63,699 nt of DNA, filler included, from Octopus bimaculoides (GCF_001194135.2; 4 parts of 3 records of this genome joined end to end with filler, not necessarily neighbours in it); one strand, 5' to 3'; shown: positions 28,541 through 41,985, counted from the first letter of the whole stretch. Numbers and translations: made by a program. Notes: generated by a model from the letters alone, not told the origin.

Positions 28541-29044
28541 GATTCTTTCCTTCAGATACCATTAATCCTTGTTGATAAACATATTCTAATAATTTTTCCC
28601 AATGATGCATTACATTTTGAAAATATCCAGAATTACAAAGGAAATTGTCATGTTCTTTGAGCTTAAAGTGTATTTATAGTTCTTTCTGAATATTTACGGA
28701 AATAAATTTTATTAAAATATTTTATCTATTCTATTCAACAGTAAATAAAGTCAGATCTAAACGTTATGTAATTATTTGTAATTTCTCACCGAAACATATC
28801 CACAGACGGGCCCCAATATTTAAATCGATATTTCAGGCGTAGTATTCTGCTATTCAACTAACATTAGGATAAGGATCGGACATGGAGAGAATATGAATGT
28901 CATGAAATTCTCTCGTTCTAAAATCCACTCCTCTTTCCAATTTCTTTATCTACTCAAAATATAACGATCTTCTGAAAATTCCCGTGCACATATAGATATA
29001 ATAATAAATAGATATGCCCTTAGAAGATTTTACATACATATTGT

Positions 29045-29420
29045 TGTATTTCGGGATGGTCATATTTTTTTCGAATAAACACACGCACCCACCGTTCTTT
29101 ACTCGTTTGTTATTGTTATTAGTCTAACTCATATCCATTTTCCGGAAATATTTCTTAATACATCTGTGACCTCTTCAGCGACACTTTCCGTCTTCGTGTG
29201 TGTTCTTGCTCTACTTATTCCATTCCGCTTATTCCATTGCAGGAAAAGAATGGAATAATTTGATCAAGAGCACACACGAAGACGGAAAGTGTTGCTGAAG
29301 AGGTCAGACATGTATGACGAAATATTTCAAAGCATACAAAAAAGTAAATAAGAATAAATCGTGCGTTTGTTTATCTAACACAAATATGAAAAAAAAAATA
29401 CCAGTCTGGAATTACAAAAA
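29045..29420. repeat. Long fold-back inverted repeat (palindromic MITE-like)
   Basis: Core arms 29145-29225 and 29248-29328 are reverse complements over about 80 nt with few mismatches. Weaker pairing extends outward. Confidence 0.85.
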
Positions 29421-29569
29421 TATATGTACCAACACAGGGTTTCACATAAAGAATCTTGCAACATAAATACATAAACGTATGTGTTTGTGTGTATATCTCT
29501 GCAGATATATTCCTGGAATTAGCGCGCCAAAACGAAGACTTTTGAATTTTACCATTAAGCTGTAATTAG

Positions 29570-29695
29570 CAGAACCATATACACGCGCACCCATGGCGGT
29601 GGACAATTCTGTATACGATTCTGATGATTGCGGTTACATTACAAATCAGGCTGAAGAGGAATGGACAATCGATAAGATTGTTAAATCCGAAACCG
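29570..29695 (+). CDS. Coding exon 4: EF-hand-like loop 1 and start of loop 2
   Basis: Tandem TAGCAG acceptor (exon starts at 29570 or 29573, both phase 1). Reads EPYTRAPMAVDNSVYDSDDCGYITNQAEEEWTIDKIVKSET. The phase-1 donor CCG|GTACCT is weak. DSDDCGYITNQA(E) fits an EF-hand loop pattern. Confidence 0.65.
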
Positions 29696-30206
29696 GTACC
29701 TGTTTAAGAATGCTTTTTTATGTGATTTTAAATGTCTTGCCCGCTCACGTTTTGGTATGCTGCTATATTTCATGTTGAGAACAATTTAGGTCTTAATAGA
29801 CACAAGATGTGATCTATTTCTAGCACATTAATTGTCCACGTTANNNNNNNNNNNNNNNNNNNNNNNNNNNNNNNNNNNNNNNNNNNNNNNNNNNNNNNNN
29901 NNNNNNNNNNNNNNNNNNNNNNNNNNNNNNNNNNNNNNNNNNNNNNNNNNNNNNNNNNNNNNNNNNNNNNNNNNNNNNNNNNNNNNNNNNNNNNNNNNNN
30001 NNNNNNNNNNNNNNNNNNNNNNNNNNNNNNNNNNNNNNNNNNNNNNNNNNNNNNNNNNNNNNNNNNNNNNNNNNNNNNNNNNNNNNNNNNNNNNNNNNNN
30101 NNNNNNNNNNNNNNNNNNNNNNNNNNNNNNNNNNNNNNNNNNNNNNNNNNNNNNNNNNNNNNNNNNNNNNNNNNNNNNNNNNNNNNNNNNNNNNNNNNNN
30201 NNNNNN

Positions 30207-30244
<38 letters not shown>

Positions 30245-30689
30245 CGCATATGTGTGTGTATGTGTGTATCTATATATATGTATGAATGTATATATGTATG
30301 TGTATGTATAGATAGATAGATAGATATATACACAACTATATGATCGCAAAAGATAAATTTGTGTGGGAGTCCATACCCATATATACAAATATATATCTAC
30401 ACCTCCACACACAAACATACATATTTACATACAAATAAATATATATATAAACGAACAATATATACTTTATATGTTAGCATGCTTACTATGCCAGATCATG
30501 AAATTAAACTATTAGCTCTATATTTACATACGAGAAAGCAGTGAATATACAGTATGCGTGACGTTTTGAGGTCATTTTTATGTATTTAGAAATAGATGTT
30601 CACTAAGAAAAGTTGTATTTTAAAAAGTATTCGTTGCAAATAATTTTGAGAATACTTTTATCACGCTTATTTAATGAATCTGCCAAAAG

Positions 30690-31720
30690 TATAAATGGCT
30701 GCTACAATACGGCGTCCAAAGCATTGGCATAACATGATTTTTATCAACTTTGAACTCATTACGGCAGACTTAAGTACTCAATGTGGAAGACTTAAAACTT
30801 TGTCCGGTGTTACAGGGCAGTAACTGTCATCCCTGTGTACTACACCCCATACGTAATAGTCTAGTGTATTGAGGTCTTGTGAATTATGATGCTATGTGTG
30901 TGGGAGAATGTGGTCATGAACTTTGGCTCGCATTCACATTCGGGTTCTCCTATACTTCGAGGACGGCTCAGTGTCTTGTTAGAAGACACGGTGTCTCTGG
31001 TTGCGTACTCTTTCTATCGAGAGCCTCGCGATACTCTGCAAGACTTCGCTGGAGACGGTGACATCGATTGTAAACCCTATGAGAAAAAGGGAGGAAGCGC
31101 TCAGCCTCCGTCGTTTGTGAGTACTTCCATCACCGTTGCTGGGACCATTGTATGCGCGATCTCAGCACTTCACTCGGGTTTCTGCAAAGCAATATATCGT
31201 TCCTTCAGTTTACACTTCGACCTTGACCGAAGCATTCGCATCGGAGAATAACCACAGCATTATTACTTTTTATTTTTAGAATTTTAACTTGTTTAGCAAC
31301 AGCTTTGCACGTATCCAGCGTTTCTCTCTTGCCACATCCGTCATAAATTGACCCCTTCATATCACACAAAACTTGTATCGGATTCACAGTTCTGATCATA
31401 ACATTCTTAAAACTTGAGGTCACTGGCAATGGCTCTGATTGACTTCAGGGTGTTTTGTCGATTATTTCTTGGACCTTTTGTACAATGTTATGTCTTCTGA
31501 TGGTATTAGGAGCTTAAGACTGTGTACATGTTTGTTGTGTTTAACTAATACTGGATCCACGTCAACAGTTTTCACCTACGAAATGAATGGGAATCTTTCT
31601 GGAAGCGATATATATATCTATGTTGAACTTACAACGTGCATTTTCCAACGAATACAACGTGCCTTTTTGTCTGCTGTGTCAACTTGATATTTGAAACAAT
31701 TTATCTGAAAAATAAAGGGA
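30690..31720 (-). mobile_element. Decayed maT/DD37D-like (Tc1/mariner) transposase
   Basis: The minus strand has TMVPATVMEV and NSQDLNTLDYYVWGV, matching the family motifs TKFPATVMV and SPDLNPLDYYVWG. Multiple stops and frameshifts. Confidence 0.75.
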
Positions 31721-32819
31721 ATAATAAGTTAGAACTTTTGAAAGAAGTGTCCTCAAAAATCTAATACACGTTTTACATAGGTCGAGAAATAGAAACACTA
31801 ATATAAAACACGGAAGAGAAAAATGGTAAAACACTGATTATAGTCCTATAAATGGAAGAAGAAATGTGATGTAATATAACAGAGTTACTAGGTTACAATA
31901 TGTAGTGAAAAAGGGAATGTTATACAGCAATTTGGTGGTTGTGTTATTCCGGGAAAAGTTACAGGTTTTTAAAACCAAAATGTCTCAAGTCTAAACATGA
32001 GAAAAGCAAATAACTAGTGGTGAATATATTCTAAAAGAGATAAATTTAAGTACATACATTATATGAACAAATTACTAAATAGTTATTTTATCGATATGTA
32101 GGAAACAATATAATGCTGTATTCGAGTATAGGCCATGTTAATATGAGTATATAAATAAACAGATATATGCCAAGAACAACGCTATTTTGAAAAAAAAATA
32201 AAAACAAAAAAACGTGACATTTGGAGTTAATGTCTAATGCTTTATTTTAAAGAGGGAATATTGCGAAATACAAAATGTGTTAGCACTTACTTTAAATTGT
32301 TAATTGATATAGATGAAAGCAAGTTAAAGAATACGGAGGTTGGTGCAGTTGTACTGAAGAAAAAAAAACATAAAGTATACTGAAAAGAACTGCATGCATA
32401 AAGCACTATATAAACTTGCTCCTTTTCTCCCTAATAATATTATTTTGGCTTTTTTATACATCGTTATAAGGTTTACATTATTTCCTTTATTTCCATTCTA
32501 TAGCTTATATTTTAAATGATATATCGAGTAATATTGTTTCGTGTGTATCATTCTTCCTCACAAAGGTCCTTCTTTATTTTCTGCTATCTTTCTCTTTTGA
32601 AGTCTTTACTAAATGGTTTTCAATTGATTTCAGTTTTCAAAATACATCGTTTTGTTTTTGTGTTCATAACGAGTATTGGTAATTTTTTTTTTCTTATGTT
32701 AATTATCTTTTACTTCTTCCAGTCAATTTCCTGCCAATATTTTTGTTCACTTGCTGGCCTCTTCGAAGTTAGAATGTTTTCCACTACGCTTAATATCCGT
32801 TTCAAATTTGGCTGAATAC

Positions 32820-32975
32820 TAACAATTTCAACTCCAGTATTCAACTAGTATTTATTTTATCGACTCCGAAAGGACGAAAGGCAACGACGGCCTCGCGGCA
32901 TGTAAACTCTGAACGTAAGAACGGATGATATGCCGCTAAGCTCTGGGCTTGGCGTGCTAAAGATTTTGCAGCCCA
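32820..32975 (-). mobile_element. SINE family B copy, diverged
   Basis: ttttatcgactccgaaaggacgaaaggcaa is the reverse complement of the family core. It sits head-to-head with the tandem trio. Confidence 0.7.
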
Positions 32976-33002
32976 CCACCGTCTGCCTATTGGTATTTAT
33001 TT

Positions 33003-33670
33003 AAGGCGGTGTGCTGACAGAAACGTTAGCACGCCGGGAGTAATGCTTAGCGGTATTTCGTTTGTCATTAGGCTCTGAGTTCAAATTCCACCGAGGTCGA
33101 TTTTACCTTTCATCCCTTCGGGGTCGATAAATTAAGTACCAGTTACGCACTGGGTATCGATGTAATCGACTTAATCCCTTTTTGTGTCCTTGTTTGTCCC
33201 CTCTATGTTTAGCCCCTTGTGGATAATAAAGAAATAAGAAAACCTTAGCACGCCGGGTGAAATGCTTAGCGATATTTCGTCTGTCTTTACGTTCTGAGTT
33301 CAAAATTCCACCGAGGTCGGTTTTCCTTATCATCCTTTCGAGGTTGATAAATCAAGTACCAGTTGCATACTGAGGTCGCTCTAATCGACTGACCTCCTCC
33401 CCCAATATTTCGGGGCTTGTGACTAGAATAGAAAAGATTATTTATTTAAAGCGGCGAGTTGGCAGAATTGTTAACATACCAGGCAAGATGCTTAGCGACA
33501 TTTCGTCCGTCCTTACGCTGTGGGTTCGAATTCCGCCGCGAGCAAATTTACCGTTTATCCTTTCGGGGCCGATGAAATACATTCCAGTTGAGCATTGGGT
33601 GGATGTGATCGACTTGTCACCATATTTAAACTTACTGACCTTGCGCCAAAATTTGAACCCAATATTAATA
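33003..33670 (+). mobile_element. Three tandem copies of tRNA-derived SINE family B
   Basis: Units start at about 33003, 33240 and 33448 and share gagttcaaattccaccgaggtcg...tcatcctttcggggtcgataaa..aagtaccagtt. From recall, the central core resembles the Nin-type SINE domain. Confidence 0.85.
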
Positions 33671-35029
33671 TTCGATTGTTTTGAAGTCTTTCAGAGGGAA
33701 TTGATTTGTGTGTATGCACTTGTCTTTTAATATCAGAAATCAACAAAATGGCAGCAGGGTTTATATTTACTTACGCATTACATTTCAGTTTATCTATGAT
33801 TATACAAACTTCGTTATGTAAATTTGGAGATGTTTCTGCGTTCTATATTCGCAACAAATCATAGTTATTTGCATTCCCATATTAGCATTACATTTTCATT
33901 CATTTTAACTAGCTCATTTTTATCTCTGTTTATGCTATATTTGTTTTTCATCTATTTCCAATACAATTTCCATTCTTATATTTTCCCACTTAGCACATAA
34001 TTCTTTTCACTCATAATTCGAGAACGTGCGTATATTGTTAATATGCCACATAATCCTTATTGTTAGAATAATTTTTTATGTGTTTGTAAAGTACATCTCC
34101 ATTTTTTATTTACTGGTTAGTATCTAACATTTTGCCAGTATTGGACACGTTATCATTTAAAATCTTGCGAGATTTGGAAAATGTACCTGTTTTAATTTGA
34201 GTTATTAACTCAGATGATGGAATAAATTGAAGTTTTTAAACTACTAGCAAGAAATATTAAATATAAATGCGCTTGCACTTTCGGCGTCAGTATTTTTGTT
34301 GCAAAATGAGTAAAAACTTCTGTTTCAAAAATTAAAACAAATATACGCTTATCCACTTAATTATTATAGAACGAACAGAAAAAGAGCGCAACAAACGTAT
34401 TCTTAAAGAAATGTACATTTAATACTGTCGAAGGCATAAAAACGTTTTAGATTATTTCTAAGAATACTAACTTTCAGTTACTCCACAGAGACATGATTTG
34501 GTTATGTGTTGAAGAATTCGAAGTGCAAGTAGGCAAAATCGTACCAACTTTGATAAATCTTCTATACAAGAAATATTTGGATACTTCCACAGTTAGGCAC
34601 GCGCATACAAGCACACAGCTACATTCATGCATGTGTTTATTTGTGAATGTGTATTTTATTGACAGGGATAGTAATTGGTTGCATCAGACGGTAAAATATT
34701 CTCCTTAAGCTGTTTACATACATTTACATGCGTAGTTGTGTTTCATAATTCATGAAATATCAGAATTAGTTTTGTAAGAGCAATAATTCATTTCATAGCT
34801 ATATGTAAACAGATAAATAAGGAAACCAAGATGAAAATTATGAGAGAGAGAAGCCGAATAGTGAAGTCAAAATCTATACATTACAAATTTGTCAGTTTTA
34901 CATTTTGCTTAAATGTTCCCAGATTTTATGTGTACAGAAACACCTAGTAACCATATATATGCATACAGTGATAACAGTCCTCACACGCTTACGTGCGCAC
35001 AATAATGTAGATCTATCTATCGCCAATTC

Positions 35030-35076
<47 letters not shown>

Positions 35077-35748
35077 TCTCTCTCTCCCTCTATCTCTGTC
35101 TCTCTCTCTTTTTGTGTATATATATATATNNNNNNNNNNNNNNNNNNNNNNNNNNNNNNNNNNNNNNNNNNNNNNNNNNNNNNNNNNNNNNNNNNNNNNN
35201 NNNNNNNNNNNNNNNNNNNNNNNNNNNNNNNNNNNNNNNNNNNNNNNNNNNNNNNNNNNNNNNNNNNNNNNNNNNNNNNNNNNNNNNNNNNNNNNNNNNN
35301 NNNNNNNNNNNNNNNNNNNNNNNNNNNNNNNNNNNNNNNNNNNNNNNNNNNNNNNNNNNNNNNNNNNNNNNNNNNNNNNNNNNNNNNNNNNNNNNNNNNN
35401 NNNNNNNNNNNNNNNNNNNNNNNNNNNNNNNNNNNNNNNNNNNNNNNNNNNNNNNNNNNNNNNNNNNNNNNNNNNNNNNNNNNNNNNNNNNNNNNNNNNN
35501 NNNNNNNNNNNNNNNNNNNNNNNNNNNNNNNNNNNNNNNNNNNNNNNNNNNNNNNNNNNNNNNNNNNNNNNNNNNNNNNNNNNNNNNNNNNNNNNNNNNN
35601 NNNNNNNNNNNNNNNNNNNNNNNNNNNNNNNNNNNNNNNNNNNNNNNNNNNNNNNNNNNNNNNNNNNNNNNNNNNNNNNNNNNNNNNNNNNNNNNNNNNN
35701 NNNNNNNNNNNNNNNNNNNNNNNNNNNNNNNNNNNNNNNNNNNNNNAT

Positions 35749-35782
<34 letters not shown>

Positions 35783-35892
35783 ATGCATGTATGTATTGTG
35801 TGCGTGGGTTTTGAGTGTTTGTGCGCGTATGTGTAAGATAAAAGGATGTGGAAATCAAAAGAATAATAACGAACATCTTTATAAATATATAA

Positions 35893-37404
35893 CATTCGGC
35901 AACAAATGTGATTTTTTTTTTCTGTTACAAACACGTAAACAGCTCATTCATACCAAATTGTAATGTTAACTTCAGATTTAATATCTAAATTTCTCTATCT
36001 CGTCCAGGTTTTGTGTAACGGAAAACCCCTATCTTCCTTCCTTTATTTTTCTCCCCCGCTGTATTACGAAAGCTATCTAAGCTACTTTCTCGTGTTACGC
36101 TTTATGATAAGCATATGTAAATAATAAATGAACAAGCACGTTTTTCCTACTTCTTCCGGCTGGTGACCCACCATTTACCGAAAGCACTTTAGTATTCTGT
36201 TGTTACTAGGGAAAGGCAACTTCTTGTACTTATGTGAAACGTTGGTATTCCCTCTTCTTTTGTAGCATGTAAGACGACGAGCTCTCCTTCTGCATGAACC
36301 AAAATAATATCCCATTACATTTGGGTTGAAATTACCTTGGTATCTGGTTTCTCTAATTGGGATCTGTTGCTGGAAGCCCTCACCATACTCTTCAGCCACA
36401 GCCCCATGTTTAGCCGGGAAGAAGACAAGATGAGGAAGTAAAAAATGTGTTTTGAAGGATAATCTACATCCCATCTTTTCCCGCTGCATGATTACTACGA
36501 TTTCACTGTGATTTTCAGCTCTGTTGTTTCCAAGAAAATGTTTGACAATTTCAACAATAGATGTCTATGCTCCTAGTTCATTCTCATTTAGATTAAACAG
36601 AAACGAGGAGCCGTGGATGACACTGGGGATCTGTGGTCCAAGGAAAACTCCAAGCTCTAGCTTAGCACCTGTCATTAAGGGTCGTTATTGCCGTTGTGCA
36701 GTAATACTGCTTTAAGTCTAGCTTTACTAGAGTCAATGAACAGTCTCCATTCTTTTGGATCATAGCGAAAATCAATGCTTTCCTGCAGGCCACTGGCATC
36801 GTGGCAAAAATAAACGTTATTCTTTTTTCCCTGTAAGTAAAATGTTGAAACCTACAGATGGCGATGACGGAAATGGTTAACATTGGTGTTTGGCTGGAGA
36901 AAATCCCATTCTTGAAGTCTACCTTTTCTTTTGATGATCCCAGATAGGGAACTAAGTCAGTTAACATCCGCTTGACTTAATAAACGCGGGGAATTAGTTG
37001 CATATAGAGCATATGAGATCTTTCCCTATTCTATGTCACTAGCAGCATTTTCAGATGAACTGCTACCTTCCACAACTGCTCTACTTGTCTGTCACGTAGT
37101 ATCTGACCGTTGGGCCGCTATGATGTTCAACTCGGAATAAATTGTATTGGACAGAATCTTTAGAATTTGAATAAAGCTGGCAAACACAACTTGCTTTTAG
37201 CTTCAAAATCAAGTTTCATATTACTGCCATTAAAACTATTAAAATCAAATCTGTACGTGGTAGGAAATTTTACTTAGTGATTTGCATTTTAAATAAAATC
37301 TAGAGGTGACAATAAATATCTAATTATAGATTTGAAATCAGTATAGTGATATTATTTCAGAGCAATTATTTGGTCTTCTATAACAAAATATTTGTTGTCT
37401 AGTG
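35893..37404 (-). mobile_element. Chapaev3-like (CMC superfamily) DNA transposon, deleted derivative
   Basis: Minus-strand fragments EWRLFIDSSKARLKAVLLHNGN, LGVFLGPQI, HFLGNNRAENHSEIV and MGCRLSFKTHFLLPHLVFFPAKHGAVAEEYGEGFQQQI...RYQG. Terminal repeats cattcggcaacaaat / atttgttgtctagtg. The superfamily assignment is from recall of these motifs. Confidence 0.7.
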
Positions 37405-38836
37405 AAATTCAAGCATACTTTCATTTGACAACACTCATGCGTATAGCTATGTTCATATTATGGGTATTCGTGTTAAAATACGTATTTATTCTCGTTTGAG
37501 ATGTATGAAACAAAAACGTGTTGATTATTTTCTGACAGAAATTTACATTTCCGGAAAATTTCTGTATCTTGTTTTCGAATCAAATAAGAACCGCATTAAT
37601 CGGTATTGTGATACCTAATTTACCGTATCAGATATTTCAATAGATGAAAGACTATTTAATTCTTTTAACTCGTCGAAAAATAAGATATCCTTTCTATGCA
37701 TGTATGACTTTGTATATTCTACCTGTTCAGAAATATTATGATGAGCATCCTTAATACAAGTCGGTAGTCATTGTACTACTGAATATCATATCACAAATTT
37801 ATGACGATAGTTTCAATCATATTTAATTGTTATAATGTTATATCAGCATATTATGTCATGTATATAAGGTACTGCGTATTTAAATTCAACAGCGTTTTCG
37901 TTTAATTACATGGTATAAATAGATTGCCATGAATTGGCAGGAAAAACGAACAAGGCATTCTAGTTAAATGGCAGTAAAATAATTCCTAATATCTGCATAA
38001 AATGTTTGTGGTAATATTTCCTATACGATGTAAAATCTTTTTCCGCCTCTGGTACAATTTGTCAAGCATACGAGTGAATATATATATCTTATATGATGTG
38101 AGTGAAATGTCTATTAAGTGCCGGACGTCGAGCTAACTGTCCTAGAAAATGTGAAACCAACGCTATATATATTAATGCTGAAATAATTGGTATGACACCG
38201 CCCTGCTCTACAAAATACGTCCTTGGTTGTCCAACTTGAGTTTGTTTCTTTTTTAGGAATCCAATACTTGTTACGAAAGTGAGGTATTGCTCTAAAATTT
38301 TTCTATGATCTTTTGTATATAACAGCATGACAATCCCTTCTTGGTTTTATTTGGTTGTCAAAACTTATTGTTATACCAGATCAAAAACATCAGCAATAGA
38401 ATGGGGAGCTGTCCACACTATATATAATACAAAACTAACTTCTCTGTGTTGAGGTGATTTTAGACCATAAAGGTTATGTGATAAATCTTAACATAAATAT
38501 GTTCGTAGGTTACAAAAACAGTATCAATTTTCATTGATATTTCCAAGGAAATATATTTCAATAAACACATAACTGCGTAATTATGTATATGATGTGACAC
38601 TATTCTCGCTCATAAAAACAATCTCGAAATTATAGATCACTAATTTCAAAGTTTTGCAATTCATGTAATCAAACGGTCTTTTTATTTCAAAGCATAACTG
38701 CCTGATAACGTAGCAATTTCTATGTCCACCGAATAAGATGTCCCTTGCAAATTCAAAATCAAATATGTAAGCACTTTAATTACATAATTACTTAAAGTAT
38801 CCGAAAGAGTAAAGATATTTGAGCAATTATGATGTA

Positions 38837-39190
38837 CGAGGGTGAGTAAAAAAATAATGCCATTTTGTTTAGGACTATCATCGTCACTGGACTATCATCT
38901 CTTGGGCCCCATGAAAGAGGATTTGAGAGGCAAACATTATTCAAGTGACGAGGAAGTGAAAATTCTAATGAAGAAGTGGCTCAAAGAACAGTCAACAAAA
39001 TTTTACGGACCAGGGATACATGCTCTCATTCGAAGGTGGAACCTAACTATTGAGAGAAACGGTGACTATTTTGAAAAGTAGAGATGTGATCCTCAGAGGA
39101 CCGGCTTCATTTTGATGTATGATACATGTTCCTGTGTTGGTAATTATACCTGTCCTAAACGAAATGGCTTTACTTTTGGACTCACCCTCG
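38837..39190 (+). mobile_element. Internally deleted mariner element with intact ends
   Basis: TIRs cgagggtgagtaaaaaa / tacttttggactcaccctcg with TA duplications. It retains the transposase C-terminus DYHLLGPMKEDLRGKHYSSDEEVK...RWNLTIERNGDYFEK. Confidence 0.9.
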
Positions 39191-40287
39191 TATATATTTA
39201 TTAATAAAACTAAACATTGTAATTGATAGATGCATAAAAAAATTTAATTCATTTGAAATTTTACCGTTAGTTTTAAAATCAAGATTCTTTTAATTTTACA
39301 AGAAAAAACGTTTATTAAAGAACAAGTTATTTGGCATATGCATCGTAATTCATTCCAGGTTTCTGCATAAGGTTTATCACATTTAATATGCCACTTGTAA
39401 AAGCAGAGATAGTTAATCAGCCATTTATATATCAAACAGATGCTAATTTATGTCTAATCACCTTTTTTTTCCGGAATGGAGGAAACCCATTTGTTGGTAA
39501 GATTTGAGCTAATATTTGATTGCAACTTTCCTTTTAAATAAGAAATCCATTTAAGTATTCCTTAAATTATTCAGCTAACGCATGTTGGTTTCGTTTCGTG
39601 TGAAATAAGCCAACTAAGCGTTTTGCATGCATAGTTAACTTTTTCACATCATACTCTTGCGCACATACATCATAAGTGGTTAAAAATATGCTCACTTCAA
39701 ACTATAGATTATCAAAAGCAAAAAAAAATTGTCATATCCATAATAACATTGACAATTACAAATTGAAACTGGCGCTGATGTTGATTGTCAAATAATTGAT
39801 GATCACTTTTTTTTTTAATTGTGAAGAAATGCGGAAATCGCACGGAAGATGTACCTCCTATAAAAATTCATAAATAAGTAAATTCCCTTTGTCAAATGGA
39901 TAGTTAGTTCATTATAAAGTCAGTCTACAAGTGTTTCTATTTATAGAATTTACACGATGCAGTTTTTGTTCAAGCTAAAAACAAAAACAATTTTAGATCT
40001 ATATGCGCCACCGATAGTGTTTAATATAAAAAATGTTGATGGCGTATATCGATCTACAATTGCTTCTTTTAAAGAGCAATGGATCCTTGCGGTAAACAAA
40101 CTTCATGTACACTAAATGCATTGCTTCATCTCCATACGGCCTTCAATATTCCAGTTTAGTCATTAATATAATATCCAATATGTTGATACGTAAAACGAAA
40201 TGGTCTCTATCTTTATGTTTATTGTTGTTTTACGACGGTTAGCGAAGATAAAAGGATCAATGTTTTTTTCCAGCCGAAGCGAGACCG

Positions 40288-40658
40288 GTCAGGATGAAAG
40301 ATTCAAATATGTCAAAATAACTCTTATGAAGAGTTAGCTAAAGGAGAACAACCTCCATATAAACCAAAAAATAGGTATAAATACTTGATGAAGGCTTCTT
40401 TGGAAGATGCTAGCATCTCTCCTGAGAAATGGTGGGGAATAACTATTGACCGTAGGAGGTGGAGTAGGATTGTGCATGAGAGGACAGCTAATTTTGAGAA
40501 ATCTCGAGTTGCGCATGAGAACGTAAGGAAGGATGTCAGGAAGGGAATCGCTGTTACACTTTCAGACGGTAAGGGTCTTCCTATGACGCTGATATGCGGT
40601 GTCTATGCAACAACCTGCCTTAGTAAAGCTGGGCTCACGAGTCATCTTCCCTAGTCAT
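40288..40658 (+). mobile_element. 5'-truncated RTE-clade LINE 3' end with a 12-bp TSD
   Basis: LLYEELAKG...KNRYKYLMKASL...DRRRWSRIVHE...CLSKAGLTSH resembles RTE/BovB C-termini. Flanked by the direct repeat GAAGCGAGACCG (40276-40287 and 40659-40670). Confidence 0.75.
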
Positions 40659-41796
40659 GAAGCGAGACCGATAATTGACTACCAGGTCGCAGGTGATGAT
40701 GCTACACACCTGCGATGCTACTCATACATGTCAGGCATGCGATTCGGCGGGAGGACTTAAACAACATGCAAAGTTACATGAGGCCCAATTACAATTGCAA
40801 CCCACTATTGCCATTTCTTAACGCAACCCCATTACTAGTATACATACAAGATGGCGGCATAAAAGAATGTGTGATGGCAATTTATGTCGAAATGAACATT
40901 TATATAATATACTGAAAACAAAGTTTTGAAATGTTTGAAATGCAAAATTTAATATAGAAAAAATAATATATAAGAAAAATGTTAAAGATCTTAATCTGTT
41001 ATTCAATAGTGCAAATAAAAATACATGACACACTAACACAACTAGAAAACGTTAATAATTAAGACCGCTAAATGTGTTAGATATGTGTTAATAATAAGAC
41101 ACAAGGTTGTAAATAATGCCATACATAGAACAGCAGTGTATAAGATTGATGGATAGCAAAGGATTGTGTGAAAATAAAATAAATTCTAATTGCAATGTCA
41201 GATTCTTCATAACAAACATTTAGTAAGATATATGCCTGTGCGTTTCGATTGTGCTTAATCAACATTTGTTAAGAGAAGTATTTAGACAGGTAAAGTGCAT
41301 ATACAACATAGCTAATCGGCTTGTCTAAGTTGTAGAAATTTACGTCGCATATCTGTGTGTCTGTTTGTATACACGTAACTCAATATATAATTATATATAT
41401 ATANNNNNNNNNNATACATACATATACATACATGTTAAACGTCCCCCGTGTAGTTGTTGTTGTTGTCGTCGTCGGTGTTGATGTTGTTTTCTATTTATGC
41501 CATTCTTGAAATGTTATCACATTTTGTTTTATACGGACATGTAGCTTATGTGGTTATCGGTGTATGTATGTGGCAATGTCACAACATGAATGAGTATGCG
41601 TCTGTCCATATGGACGAATGTTGACATGTATGTCAGAATATGTGTATGTTTCAGCATAAATCGAGGAATACCGGCGGTCAATACATATGTCAGTGTGTGT
41701 GTATCACTGAGTATATGTAACAATGTACCTATCTACACTGTGTGTTTGCCAATCTGTACTATCAGACTGCATGGATACCAGTGTGTGAATGTACAA

Positions 41797-41834
<38 letters not shown>

Positions 41835-41838
<4 letters not shown>

Positions 41839-41985
41839 GACTGGATACTTTTAGTTTCCGTCTACGTAATCCACTCATAAAATTTGGGTCAGCCCGCAGC
41901 TATAGTGGAAGGCACATGTGAAAGGTGTCACGTTGTGTGACTGAACCCGAAATCACGTGGCTGGTAAGCAATCTACACGGCCACT
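41835..41985 (-). mobile_element. SINE family A 5' half
   Basis: Reverse complement of the family head. Confidence 0.75.

Noticed and set aside
29593-29778. ORF MAVDNSVY... as an independent gene start, or as a chromodomain or MAM domain
   Set aside because: The resemblance covers only a few residues. The in-frame upstream acceptor and EF-loop completion with exon 5 favour an internal exon, although a downstream ATG start giving a non-secreted isoform cannot be excluded.
40274-40287. Apparent micro-exon encoding RSETG, echoing KSET in exon 4
   Set aside because: The sequence is the target-site duplication of the RTE insertion, and its phase does not fit neighbouring candidates.
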